A DNA stretch of 62,479 nucleotides from Candidatus Bathyarchaeota archaeon (GTDB lineage: Archaea; Thermoproteota; Bathyarchaeia; 40CM-2-53-6): NCBI GenBank assembly GCA_005882895.1, contig VBBD01000007.1, positions 1 to 62,479 of the forward strand, read 5' to 3'. Each line of letters starts with the position of its first letter. Within the stretch, counting starts at the first letter, position 1. The translations under genes were made by a program, and so were the position numbers. Of the stretch, positions 1-9,650 are shown piece by piece. Below the pieces are notes generated by a model that saw only the letters and a program-made list of their open reading frames with translations, ran no database searches and was not told where the DNA came from.

Positions 1-177
1 TGGAAGAAGACTCATGGAAAACAGTCCTTCCACAGGGTCGTGGTCTACATTGGGATTCCAAAGGAATACGAAGGAAAAACCTTCAACACTGTGTCTCATG
101 CGAACGCGTCAAAGCTGAGAGTTCCATTCATCACTGTAGCTCAGCTAGCAGAAGAGATTGGAGGCATTCCCGCCTGA
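1..177 (+). CDS. rpl13: 50S ribosomal protein L13, C-terminal part (truncated by window edge)
   Basis: Frame 1 reads WKKTHGKQSFHRVVVYIGIPKEYEGKTF...[16 protein letters not shown], resembling the archaeal L13 C-terminus; conserved position before S9-RpoN-S2. Confidence 0.85.
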   Translation, partial: WKKTHGKQSFHRVVVYIGIPKEYEGKTFNTVSHANASKLRVPFITVAQLAEEIGGIPA

Positions 178-584
178 GTGAGAAGAAGAAACCGGTTCTC
201 GAAACGGGTAAGCGAAAGACCGCGATAGCCCGCGCTGTCGTGAAACCTGGAAAAGGTCGAATCTACTTTAACGATCATTCTCTCGACTATGTTAGTCCCG
301 AGGTCGTCCGGATGAAGATCCAAGAACCGCTCATCATAGCTGGGGAACGAGCCAAAGGAGTCGACATCCGCGTATCAGTAAATGGTGGAGGTTTCATGGG
401 CCAAGCCGAAGCAGCCAGAATCGCGATCGCACGATCACTCGCCTCGTGGACAAAGAGCAGCGAGCTGAGAAAGAACTTCATCGCTTTCGACAGGGTAATG
501 CTGGCTGGGGATCAACGGGTAACTGAACCGAAAAAGTTCGGTGGGCCAAGCGCACGACGAAGAAAACAGAAATCGTACAGGTAA
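174..584 (+). CDS. rps9: 30S ribosomal protein S9 (start extended to CTG at 174; ORF track starts at 240)
   Basis: [48 protein letters not shown]; GGAGG at 160-164; CTGA overlap with the L13 stop. Confidence 0.95.
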   Translation: MSEKKKPVLETGKRKTAIARAVVKPGKGRIYFNDHSLDYVSPEVVRMKIQEPLIIAGERAKGVDIRVSVNGGGFMGQAEAARIAIARSLASWTKSSELRKNFIAFDRVMLAGDQRVTEPKKFGGPSARRRKQKSYR

Positions 585-591
585 GAATGAA

Positions 592-816
592 ATGATCATC
601 CCGGTAAGATGCTTCACCTGCGGCAAGCAGATAGCTGACAAATGGGAAACATTCAGTCTCAGGGTTAGAGCCGGCGACAGACCAATCAAGGTACTGGACG
701 AGCTAGGGATCCGACGATACTGCTGTCGAAGAATGCTCATAACTCACGTCGAAATAATCGACGAGTTCCTAAAGTACCCCCAAGTCTCCGCCAAGAAACG
801 AGCCGAGATCATATAG
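592..816 (+). CDS. rpoN: DNA-directed RNA polymerase subunit N (Rpo10)
   Basis: [12 protein letters not shown]...[15 protein letters not shown] signature; ATG at 592. Confidence 0.96.
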   Translation: MIIPVRCFTCGKQIADKWETFSLRVRAGDRPIKVLDELGIRRYCCRRMLITHVEIIDEFLKYPQVSAKKRAEII

Positions 817-826
817 ACGAGGAACC

Positions 827-1507
827 ATGTTGGAAAGCCAAGACATCGAGGATAGGGAAGCGATACCGAGAGCAGAAAACCTCCTCCTCTCTCTCGAAGA
901 GCTCTTGGCTGCGGGCCTCCATATAGGCACACGAATCAAGACCGTGGACATGGAAAGGTACATTTTCAGAGTCCGCCCCGACGGCCTGTTCATCCTCAAC
1001 ATTGGCGATACCAACGAGAAGATAAGAATCGCCGCGAGGTTCATGGGCCGATTCGATCCTGGCAGAGTGCTGGCAGTATCCTCCAGACTTTACGGCAAGA
1101 CCCCCGTGGAAAGGTTCGCGGAGATAACGAGAACGGTTCCGATTGTAGGCCGGTTCATGCCAGGGTTGATATCCAATCCTCTGCAGCCCCATCACGCAGA
1201 GCCTCAGGTCGTCCTAGTCACGGATCCTAGAGCTGACTGGCAAGCGATCAAAGAGGCTACGTCGGTAGGCGTGCCCGTCATTGCGTTATGCGACACTGAC
1301 AACGTCTTTGCTGGTGTGGATTTTGTGATTCCGGTAAACAACAAGGGAAGGAGAGCCCTAGCCGTCGTCTACTGGCTGCTCGCTAGACAAGTGCTCCGCG
1401 AGAGAGGAGAACTTCCCCAAGATGGAACGATTCCCCAGACGGTGGATGATTTCGAAACGAAGCTTGCCGCCATGCCCATGGGACGAGCTTCCGGTGGAGA
1501 GGCGTGA
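827..1507 (+). CDS. rps2: 30S ribosomal protein S2
   Basis: LAAGLHIGT, GRFMPG, DPRADWQAIKEA, IPVNNKGRRAL archaeal S2 motifs. Confidence 0.96.
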   Translation: MLESQDIEDREAIPRAENLLLSLEELLAAGLHIGTRIKTVDMERYIFRVRPDGLFILNIGDTNEKIRIAARFMGRFDPGRVLAVSSRLYGKTPVERFAEITRTVPIVGRFMPGLISNPLQPHHAEPQVVLVTDPRADWQAIKEATSVGVPVIALCDTDNVFAGVDFVIPVNNKGRRALAVVYWLLARQVLRERGELPQDGTIPQTVDDFETKLAAMPMGRASGGEA

Positions 1508-2352
1508 AAACACGCCCTCCAGCACAAGCAGGCACCTTCTACTCTGATACTGAAGGCGCGCTCCGGACCCAGATACACAACTGCTTCCTGCATCCTCTCG
1601 GACCAAGAACAATCCCATCCATTCCCACCACGAACGACGACCAGCTTGTGGCGATTGTTGTACCACACGCGGGCTACGATTACTCCGGACCCGTCGCTGC
1701 CAACAGCTACTATCGCTTGGCTACTTCCGGTCTGAGAGAGTCCGTGATAATCTTAGGACCAAACCACACCGGCTATGGAAGCGGTGTCTCAACAATGATC
1801 GATGGGCAATGGGCAACTCCGCTTGGCGAAGTTCCTGTAAACAGCCCGTTGGCTTCCTCAATTGCGAGATTATCAGGCCTGATCGACGTAGAAGAGGAAG
1901 CCCACAAGAGCGAACACTCGATAGAAGTCCAACTTCCCTTCCTACAATTCATCTATCCACGACGTTTCCAGTTCGTGCCCATCTGCATGATGCTCCAAGA
2001 CCTTGAAACGAGTATAGAGATAGGCAACGCTATCGCCAAAGCCTCCACTGGGACGGGAGCGATGCTTATCGCCTCATCAGACTGGACGCACTACGAGTCC
2101 TACGAATCTGCGAAGAAAAAGGACATGGAAGCCATTCAGGCCGTGCTCGAAGTGGACGAGAAAAAATTCCAAGACACGATCGAAGAAAACCACGTGTCAG
2201 CGTGCGGATACGGCCCGGTCACGGCTGTCATACATGCGTCCAAGATCCTTGGCGCAAAACGTGCCAAGTTGCTATCATACCAGACGAGTGGGGACACGGC
2301 AGGGGACAAGCGTTCAGTAGTCGGTTACGCAGCGATCGCATTTACGAAGTGA
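1504..2352 (+). CDS. MEMO1 family protein (AmmeMemoRadiSam protein B)
   Basis: AGTFY, VPHAGYDYSG, LGPNHTG, EHSIEVQLPFLQ, ASSDWTHY, SACGYGP, VVGYAA; usual archaeal position after rps2. Confidence 0.93.
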   Translation: MKTRPPAQAGTFYSDTEGALRTQIHNCFLHPLGPRTIPSIPTTNDDQLVAIVVPHAGYDYSGPVAANSYYRLATSGLRESVIILGPNHTGYGSGVSTMIDGQWATPLGEVPVNSPLASSIARLSGLIDVEEEAHKSEHSIEVQLPFLQFIYPRRFQFVPICMMLQDLETSIEIGNAIAKASTGTGAMLIASSDWTHYESYESAKKKDMEAIQAVLEVDEKKFQDTIEENHVSACGYGPVTAVIHASKILGAKRAKLLSYQTSGDTAGDKRSVVGYAAIAFTK

Positions 2353-3341
2353 GCTCGTCCTCGCCATCACCCTCTCCAGTGACCGTCTCATCCAGAGCGC
2401 CTGGAAAAATCATATTGTCAGGAGAACAATTCGTCGTCCTTGGCGCACCGGCCGTCGCGATGGCTGTTAATCTCTACTCAAAGATAGATGTAAGCCCCTC
2501 TCAGAGTGGCAGGGTCGAAGTAACTGCTGACATTCCGCTTCATCTAGTTGGCGACGCCGACAAGCGATCGTCCTCTCCTGAGAATCAAGAGCTTCTAGAA
2601 CCACTGCGCCTCGCAGCGAGTGCGACACTCGACCACCTAGGAACAGAAGAACAAAGTGTCCATGTGGATGCCAATTGCCAGATTCCTATCGGCGCAGGCC
2701 TCGGCTCATCTGCCTCTACTACAGTCGCAACCATCTCGGCGGTAGCCAAATCGAGAGGAAGGAGGCTCGACCGACGAGAAATCTTCAAGCTCGCTTTCAT
2801 TCCAGAGAACTATCTTCATGGACACCCTTCGGGGGTCGACCAGGCAACTTGCACCTATGGCGGAATTATCCAGTTCAGAAAACCCTCAAGGATCAGGGCG
2901 ATCGGCATCAAACGACCACCCATGATTCTTGTATGCGACTCCGGAGTCCACCGGTCAACCAAAGCCTTGGTAGGGTCAGTAGTCAGGAGATCAAGTGAAC
3001 AAACAGATAGGTTCCAAACACACCTAGACGAGATCTCTACAATGTCGAATGCAGTGGTCAAGGCTCTAAAGAGTGAAGACGATAACGAGCTGGGGTCCTT
3101 GATGAACAGAAACCACGAATTGCTCCGTCAGATTGGCGTTTCAACAACCAGGTTAGACAGGCTTGTGGCTGCGGCCAGGAAAGGAGGAGCTCTCGGAGCC
3201 AAGCTCACGGGGGCTGGAGGCGGTGGATGCATGATAGCACTATGCGATGACAAGAAGTCCCGATCGAATATCGCCAGGGAATTACGAAAGTTGGGAGGAA
3301 CAATTTACAACGTGTCCCTTGACGTGCGAGGAGTCGACTAA
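2349..3341 (+). CDS. mvk: Mevalonate kinase (GHMP family)
   Basis: APGKIILSGE, IPIGAGLGSSAS, PSGVD, GAKLTGAGGGGC; GTG at 2349 overlaps the previous stop (GTGA). Confidence 0.9.
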   Translation: MSSSSPSPSPVTVSSRAPGKIILSGEQFVVLGAPAVAMAVNLYSKIDVSPSQSGRVEVTADIPLHLVGDADKRSSSPENQELLEPLRLAASATLDHLGTEEQSVHVDANCQIPIGAGLGSSASTTVATISAVAKSRGRRLDRREIFKLAFIPENYLHGHPSGVDQATCTYGGIIQFRKPSRIRAIGIKRPPMILVCDSGVHRSTKALVGSVVRRSSEQTDRFQTHLDEISTMSNAVVKALKSEDDNELGSLMNRNHELLRQIGVSTTRLDRLVAAARKGGALGAKLTGAGGGGCMIALCDDKKSRSNIARELRKLGGTIYNVSLDVRGVD

Positions 3342-3408
3342 TTCCCGATGACTCCGGTCGGAAAGGCAGAAAAAGAGCGCTTCCTACCTCCACAATCGAA
3401 GAAAGATA

Positions 3409-3942
3409 ATGCCTGAAATCATCGTTCTAGTCGACGAGAAAGACAATCCAATCGGATACGAAGAAAAACTAGCAGCTCATCGCGGTGGTGGGAAACTGCA
3501 CAGAGCCTTTTCCATCTTCATCTTCAATTCCAAGAACGAGGCGCTTCTCCAGCTCAGATCGAAAGCAAAGCACCATTTTCAGAGCCTGTGGAGTAACCCG
3601 TGTTGCAGTCATCCAACAAAAGGTGAAAAACTGGAGGCTGCAGTCCATAGAAAGCTGAAGCAAGAGTTGGGCTTTGATACCCCGCTGAAGGAGGCCTTCA
3701 GCTTTGTGTACAAGGCGACCGACCAGAAGAGCGGCTTGACAGAACACGAGTTCGATCATGTCTTTGTCGGGCAATACGATAGAGATCCGAAACCGAACCC
3801 TGATGAGGTCGACGATTGGAAATGGGTCACCCTCACCGAGCTCAAAAACGACTTAGACAAGAATCCGGGGAAATATACTCCCTGGTTTCCGATCGCATTT
3901 AACAAACTGCGAAAGGAAAACCTAGGTCTACCAGAGGCCTAG
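3409..3942 (+). CDS. idi: Isopentenyl-diphosphate delta-isomerase, type 1 (Nudix fold)
   Basis: LHRAFSIFIFN, WSNPCCSHP, TEHEFDHVF, PNPDEV, YTPWF. Confidence 0.95.
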   Translation: MPEIIVLVDEKDNPIGYEEKLAAHRGGGKLHRAFSIFIFNSKNEALLQLRSKAKHHFQSLWSNPCCSHPTKGEKLEAAVHRKLKQELGFDTPLKEAFSFVYKATDQKSGLTEHEFDHVFVGQYDRDPKPNPDEVDDWKWVTLTELKNDLDKNPGKYTPWFPIAFNKLRKENLGLPEA

Positions 3943-3944
3943 AT

Positions 3945-5264
3945 TTGGAAACGTCTGTTCTAAACAGAAGCTCAACTATTGGTTCGTTCTACAAACTTCC
4001 CTTGGAAGAGAGACTCAGAATCGTCAAAGAGTTCGCAGGACTAACATCTGAGGAGGCTCAGACCCTAGCCAAGGGAACGATGCCGAGCGCGACTGCGCAG
4101 CGAATGATAGAGAACGTCATCAGCATGTTCCCGATTCCCCTTGGAATCGCCACGAACTTCCTGGTAAACGGCAGAGACTACTTGGTACCGATGGCCATAG
4201 AGGAGCCGTCAGTGGTCGCCGCGGCAAGCAACGCGGCCAAGATGGCACGACCAACAGGGGGCTTCACAGCTACTAGTACAGAGCCTGTGATGATCGGCCA
4301 GATCCAGATAGTGAAATGTCCTTCGCCGAAAGATGCTGAAAAGGAAATTCTCTCGGCGAGAAAAGAGGTTCTCGAAAAAGCCAACCAGCAGGATCCGATG
4401 CTGCTATCGATGGGTGGTGGGGCAAAAGATCTCCGCGTCAGGATTCTACCCAGTCAAGTCGGAACATTGGTCATTGTTGAGCTTCTGGTTGACTGCCGCG
4501 ATGCTATGGGGGCGAATGTCGTCAATACGATGGCTGAGGCTGTTGCACCTATGGTTGAGAAGATTTCGAAGGGTCAAGCCCGACTACGCATCATTTCAAA
4601 CCTTGCAGATAGAAGGCTTGCCAAAGCCACAACGACCGTTTCGAAAGAGGCCCTGGGCGGCGAGGACATCGTTGACGGGATTGTAGAGGCGTACGCGTTT
4701 GCTGCCGCTGACCCGTACAGATGTGCAACTCATAACAAGGGAGTCATGAACGGGGTAACCGCCGTCTGCCTAGCGACCGGGAATGACACTCGCGCGATAG
4801 AGGCAGGGGCTCATGCTTACGCGGCACGATCTGGACGCTACTCTCCCCTCACAACATGGAAGAAGGATTCTAAAGGAAACCTGGTCGGGACCATCGAAAT
4901 CCCTGCTGCAGTCGGAATTATCGGAGGAGTCACCGCCGTCCACCCTATGGCGAAGATATGCCTGAAGATCCTTGGCGTAAAGACAGCGCGTGAACTCGGC
5001 GAGGTTATGGCCTCGGTGGGCTTGGCCCAGAACATGGCCGCACTACGAGCCTTGGCCGCGGAAGGAATTCAGAAGGGACACATGTCTCTGCACGCTAGAA
5101 ATATCGCCGCAATGGCGGGAGCACAAGGTGATCTGATCGACTTGGTCGCGGACAAGATGGTCGCCGAGCGGAAGATCCGCTTGGATAGGGCTAGAGAGGT
5201 TCTGCTCGAATTATCCAGGTCAAAGGATAGCGGCGCCGCCCAAAAGAAAACCCACAAGGCCTAA
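3945..5264 (+). CDS. mvaA: HMG-CoA reductase, class II (MvaA-like)
   Basis: ENVIS, VPMAIEEPSVVAAAS, DAMGAN, THNKGVMNG, GNDTRAIEAGAH, EGIQKGHMSLHARN. Confidence 0.93.
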   Translation: METSVLNRSSTIGSFYKLPLEERLRIVKEFAGLTSEEAQTLAKGTMPSATAQRMIENVISMFPIPLGIATNFLVNGRDYLVPMAIEEPSVVAAASNAAKMARPTGGFTATSTEPVMIGQIQIVKCPSPKDAEKEILSARKEVLEKANQQDPMLLSMGGGAKDLRVRILPSQVGTLVIVELLVDCRDAMGANVVNTMAEAVAPMVEKISKGQARLRIISNLADRRLAKATTTVSKEALGGEDIVDGIVEAYAFAAADPYRCATHNKGVMNGVTAVCLATGNDTRAIEAGAHAYAARSGRYSPLTTWKKDSKGNLVGTIEIPAAVGIIGGVTAVHPMAKICLKILGVKTARELGEVMASVGLAQNMAALRALAAEGIQKGHMSLHARNIAAMAGAQGDLIDLVADKMVAERKIRLDRAREVLLELSRSKDSGAAQKKTHKA

Positions 5265-6086
5265 CAGCATCCATAGCAGAACTTGGCGTTTGACCGCTCG
5301 AACGTTCTCAGGCGTCTGATCGCCCACCAACCTATAAGCTGAGTAAAGAAAGCCGACATCGGCGATTATCACCGGAGGAAAATACAGCCAGGAGATCGTC
5401 TCGAGAAACGGCGGGAGGAAACTGAGCAGAACCGCGATGATAAACAATCCCGTAGATGTTAGCGCTGCAACCTTTGTTCCCCTGACTACTGCCAGGGTCC
5501 GGACTTGACGGAGGTTATCGCCCTTCACATCGGCTATTCCCTTTGCGACCTCTCGGGCAAAGTTTGCGAGAAACGCGACCACGGAGAAGATGAAGAGCAG
5601 GGGCCCAATCGAATTCACTGCGAGGCCTCCATAGAAGAAAGGCAGAGCGACGTTGAAGCTTACAACCGCATTTCCTATCAGGCCAGTCTTCTTTCCCCTC
5701 GTGTTATAGTAGACCATAAGCGCAAGAGCGAGAAGTGCAGTCAGAAACGTCCATAGACCAAGGAGCGCGGAGAATCCTATCGCAGCCACGGAGAGAGCTA
5801 CTGCCAATACGACCGCGTCTCTGGTCCTCACCGTTCCGGAAGGGAGAGGCCGTTGCGGGCTGTTGACCTTGTCAATTTCAACGTCGTAAACGTCATTGGC
5901 TACCATCGTTCCCGCCATCATCAGTGACGCCGTCAGGAACCCGAAAACAGCCTCTGGAAGTCCAGGGAGTTTGCCGAGACCTATCGCTTCGCCAATGACT
6001 ACTCCAAGCCCGATCATTATGGTATTTGGGGGCCGTATCAGCGTCAAGTATGCGCTCAAGCGAGCTGACGTTGCACGGCTAGACAC
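5220..6086 (-). CDS. UbiA prenyltransferase, probable digeranylgeranylglyceryl phosphate synthase
   Basis: LIRPPN, NDVYDVEIDKVNSPQRPLPSG, REVAKGIADVKGD; multi-TM; beside mevalonate genes. Confidence 0.88.
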   Translation of the reverse strand: MSSRATSARLSAYLTLIRPPNTIMIGLGVVIGEAIGLGKLPGLPEAVFGFLTASLMMAGTMVANDVYDVEIDKVNSPQRPLPSGTVRTRDAVVLAVALSVAAIGFSALLGLWTFLTALLALALMVYYNTRGKKTGLIGNAVVSFNVALPFFYGGLAVNSIGPLLFIFSVVAFLANFAREVAKGIADVKGDNLRQVRTLAVVRGTKVAALTSTGLFIIAVLLSFLPPFLETISWLYFPPVIIADVGFLYSAYRLVGDQTPENVRAVKRQVLLWMLLGLVGFLLGGAAIL

Positions 6087-6181
6087 GCTCAGAGCTCAGT
6101 CCCTCCACAGTTTTCGGCCTTGTGATTTCCACAACATCTGGCTGTTGGAATAAGGCTAAAAAGACTCCCGGAGGCTATGCA

Positions 6182-6652
6182 ATGGTTCGACCAGTCTTGT
6201 CAGTCAAGAAGGAACCGACGCTTCTCGATGACCTCAACCAAGCTCTTGCCGGAGAAACCTTGGCTGCCTTTCGATACCTCTACTTGAGCAAGATCGCTAG
6301 CGGAATAAGCTCTCTTCCTCTCTCGAAGCTCTTCAAGGAGATGGCTGACGGAGAATGGGACCACGCCTCAAGATTCATGGAGAGAATCATACAGCTAGGG
6401 GGAGTGCCTATATCAAAACCGGTCGAGTGGGAAAAGAAGGCTTTCTTCTCTTATTCAGACCCACCGCGAAGGGGAAACGATCTGAAGGCAATGATCAAGG
6501 AAAGCCTAAAGCTTGAAAGATCCTCACTCGAATTCTACCAGAGACTCGCCAGCAAGACTCGAGATACCGACATGGTTACTCACAAGATGGCGATGGATGC
6601 AATGGCCGATGAAGCACGCGAGGAACGGAAACTTACCGCGTTGCTAGACTGA
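6182..6652 (+). CDS. Ferritin-like (bacterioferritin/DPSL-like) four-helix bundle protein
   Basis: LNQALAGE, EWDHASRFMERIIQLGGVP, LERSSLEFY; ATG at 6182 preferred over 6122. Confidence 0.75.
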   Translation: MVRPVLSVKKEPTLLDDLNQALAGETLAAFRYLYLSKIASGISSLPLSKLFKEMADGEWDHASRFMERIIQLGGVPISKPVEWEKKAFFSYSDPPRRGNDLKAMIKESLKLERSSLEFYQRLASKTRDTDMVTHKMAMDAMADEAREERKLTALLD

Positions 6653-6667
6653 CCGCTCAGAAGTCTT

Positions 6668-7957
6668 CTAAACCCAGCCTCTGATCTGCATAGCATCTCG
6701 GACTTTTCCGATAGCGTAGACGTAGGCTCCGGTCCGCATATCGACATTCTGCTCCTGACTGGTCTTCCAAACCTCGGCAAACGCCTTCTTCATAATCGCC
6801 GTTAGACGATGGTCCACTTCCTCAGCAGTCCACCAGAGGTGTTGGAGATTCTGGACCCATTCAAGGTAACTTGTACTGACCCCGCCAGAGTTTGCCAGAA
6901 TATCCGGTATCAGAGTGACGCCCTTCTTGAAGAGAATGTCATCCGCCTCAGGTGTCGTCGGCCCATTCGCGCCTTCTGCGACTAGCTTTGCCTTGATGCT
7001 TCGAGCGTTGTTTTCGGTAATGACGTCCTCTAGGGCCGCCGGCACGAGTATGTCTACGTCTAGTTCGAGTAGTTCCTCGTTCGTAATGTTCTCGGAGCTA
7101 GGCAAGTTCGCCAGGCTCGTGTTCTTCTTCTTGTGCGCTGCGACTTCGTTGAACCAGAGGCCTGTCTTCTTGTGAATTCCTCCTTTCGAGTCGGAGACGG
7201 CGACAACTTTGACTCCGGCTTCTTCAAGGAACATGTGGGCGAACGAGCCTACGTTTCCCCACCCTTGGATTGCGCAAGTTGCCTTCTTCAGATCGATCTT
7301 GAGATGTCTCGCGGCTTCCTCAACCGTGACTGCAACTCCTTTCCCGGTGGCCGAGTCCCTTCCAAGAGATCCTCCAATTATTATCGGCTTACCTGTCACG
7401 ACTGCGTTCGCGTTGTTCCTGTCCACTTTGCTGTATTCATCCATGAACCAGGCCATCGTCTGAGAATCGGTGTAGACATCAGGCGCTGGAATGTCGCGGA
7501 ACGGACCGACGATTTCGCTTATGAGCGAGAAAAATGTTCTGGAAAGCCTCTCCAGTTCGTGTTTGGACAGGAGTTTCGGGTTAACCGTGACTCCTCCTTT
7601 CGCGCCCCCGAACGGGATGCCTGCGACCGCGCACTTCCACGTCATCCACATGGATAACGCCTTTACCTCTTCGATGGTAACGTTCGGGTGATATCTGATT
7701 CCACCCTTGTAAGGTCCCAGGGCGTTGTTGTGCTGGCTTCTGAATCCTTGATAGAGGAGGATTCTACCGTCGTCCATTTTGACAGGGAAGTTTATGCTGA
7801 GAATTCTTCTAGGCTTTCGAAGAATCTCCTGAACGTTCTCGTCCAGCTTCATCAGGTCAGCGGCCCGCTGGAACTGTTCTACAGCAATGTCGTACTGGGT
7901 TTTCTGCATGCCGAGGCTCGATGGAGCGGCTTCGTGCTTAGAAGTGGTCTCTAGCAA
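6668..7957 (-). CDS. gdhA: Glutamate dehydrogenase (Glu/Leu/Phe/Val family)
   Basis: GPYKGGIRYHP, MTWKCA, GGAKGG, DIPAPDVYT, VTGKP, EGANGP, PDILANSGGV. Confidence 0.95.
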   Translation of the reverse strand: MLETTSKHEAAPSSLGMQKTQYDIAVEQFQRAADLMKLDENVQEILRKPRRILSINFPVKMDDGRILLYQGFRSQHNNALGPYKGGIRYHPNVTIEEVKALSMWMTWKCAVAGIPFGGAKGGVTVNPKLLSKHELERLSRTFFSLISEIVGPFRDIPAPDVYTDSQTMAWFMDEYSKVDRNNANAVVTGKPIIIGGSLGRDSATGKGVAVTVEEAARHLKIDLKKATCAIQGWGNVGSFAHMFLEEAGVKVVAVSDSKGGIHKKTGLWFNEVAAHKKKNTSLANLPSSENITNEELLELDVDILVPAALEDVITENNARSIKAKLVAEGANGPTTPEADDILFKKGVTLIPDILANSGGVSTSYLEWVQNLQHLWWTAEEVDHRLTAIMKKAFAEVWKTSQEQNVDMRTGAYVYAIGKVRDAMQIRGWV

Positions 7958-8319
7958 TCATTATGCCTTCGAATCGGAGAGCAGCAAGAAACTTCCCATT
8001 TAGACCTTTCCTCAGAATTCAGGGAAAAACCTAGTTCTAGTTTTTCATCGAGTGAGAAGAGTGGAAAACTGACGGACAAGCCCTTTTAAAAAAAACAGTG
8101 AAAACCCTCATTCTTCGTTACCGCATATCACGGTATTTTTCGTAACACAACACCCGTAGCTCAAGCCCTCCCATTTCCTAGGGGATTACGCATGGCAATA
8201 GCGAACCGCCTGCTACTATACGTCATGTCTTCCGGGTTACTTCACCAACCGTCTTTGGAAGGATGCACTCCGCCGGCAGCTCACTTCCTACTCCCTCTTC
8301 GGGGATGCTTCTCGCCGGA

Positions 8320-9447
8320 TCAGCCGAGCGTTTGACGTTGACCGGTTGCCGCGGCCATCTCGATCGCGTTCAGCATGCGATGGCGCGTGACCGCGTCGTC
8401 GAACGTGGGGCAGAGATGCGTTCCCTCGCGATAGTCGCGCGCGAAACGCGCGTATGCCTGGGCGACGTTGGTGGAAGGGCCCGGGCCTTGCGGCGGCGAC
8501 CACCGATACTGCTCAGGCACGAGCAGGACCTCGAGCGATGACTGCGCGCCCTTGCCGCCGCGTATGGTCATCTCGAAGATCTGAGCTTGGCCGCCGGCGG
8601 CGGTGAGTTGCAGATCGCCCTCGGTGCCGTTGATCTCCCAGAGCAGGTTAGTGCCGCGCGAGACGCCGCCGCGATAGTGGATCGAGAGTGCGGCCCCGCC
8701 CTCGAGCAGTCCGGTGACGCACACCTGATCCTCCGCGGTCATGGGCTTGCTTTCGCCGGTCTGCGCGATCGTGAAGGACTTTCGGCGCACAGTCATTGTG
8801 GCCGAGAGCTCTCGCACTTCGCCGAGGCAGTGGCACAGTGCGTCCGCCGCGTGGCCGAGTGCGATCGAGAGCATCGTCGCGCCGTTTTTCTTGTCGTTGA
8901 GGTAGGCGTTGTAGGGCTCCACCGTTGGTCCCCAGCCCATTCCTGAACCGATCAATGTGGTGGAGAGCACCTCACCGACGTAACCTTGTTTGATCAGGTC
9001 ATGCACGTAGGCTACCGACGGCGCAGAGCGGGCCTGTAGTCCCGCGACGGCGAGGACGCCCTTCTTCTTCGCCAGTGCGGCCAAGGTCTGCGCCTCTTTC
9101 AAGCCGTTACCGAGCGGCCATTCGCAGTACACGGCCTTGCCCGCGCCGAGCGCTGCAGACGCTAGTTCGAGGTGATACGGCACCTTCACGGTGACAGCGA
9201 CGACGTCGACGACAGCGCTGTTCACGAGGTCTTGGTAGTTGTCGAATGCGACAGGCGCACCAAAGAGCTTGCTGGCGGCGTCGGCAGATTCGCGTCGGCT
9301 GGTGGACAGCGCCGTGATCTCGAAGTCATCCGAGAGCGACTTCAAAGCAGGAATGTGTGCCTGCGCCGCCCATCCGCGATCCGGGTTGGCGCCGATGATG
9401 CCAACACGAATCCTCTTCGTTCCACCCTTGCTCATAGCGGTCTTCAC
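8320..9447 (-). CDS. Gfo/Idh/MocA family NAD(P)-dependent oxidoreductase, GC-rich and bacterial-like
   Basis: IRVGIIGANPDRGWA, VYCEWPLG, GHAAD; AGGAG upstream of GTG 9447 (ATG 9435 alternative). Confidence 0.88.
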   Translation of the reverse strand: MKTAMSKGGTKRIRVGIIGANPDRGWAAQAHIPALKSLSDDFEITALSTSRRESADAASKLFGAPVAFDNYQDLVNSAVVDVVAVTVKVPYHLELASAALGAGKAVYCEWPLGNGLKEAQTLAALAKKKGVLAVAGLQARSAPSVAYVHDLIKQGYVGEVLSTTLIGSGMGWGPTVEPYNAYLNDKKNGATMLSIALGHAADALCHCLGEVRELSATMTVRRKSFTIAQTGESKPMTAEDQVCVTGLLEGGAALSIHYRGGVSRGTNLLWEINGTEGDLQLTAAGGQAQIFEMTIRGGKGAQSSLEVLLVPEQYRWSPPQGPGPSTNVAQAYARFARDYREGTHLCPTFDDAVTRHRMLNAIEMAAATGQRQTLG

Positions 9448-9650
9448 ATCTTTCTCTCCTAAAAAATTGTAAGCCGCGGATCCGCGGAAAGCGACAAGAA
9501 CGCCTTCAACTGTTGAACCAGTAGGCACAGAAAAGTAGTTTGGCTGTGGGTATCCCGGTAGGAGAAGCGTAAGGTCCTCACACGAGCCTTTTTATAAAGA
9601 AACTAGGTGTTTTCTCTCTCCGTTTCGGGAAAGGAGTTTGAACTAAGACA

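Noticed and set aside
8024-8146. Imperfect inverted repeats upstream of gdhA as a nitrogen-regulator site
   Set aside because: They do not match the NrpR GGAA-N6-TTCC pattern, are AT-rich and occur only once
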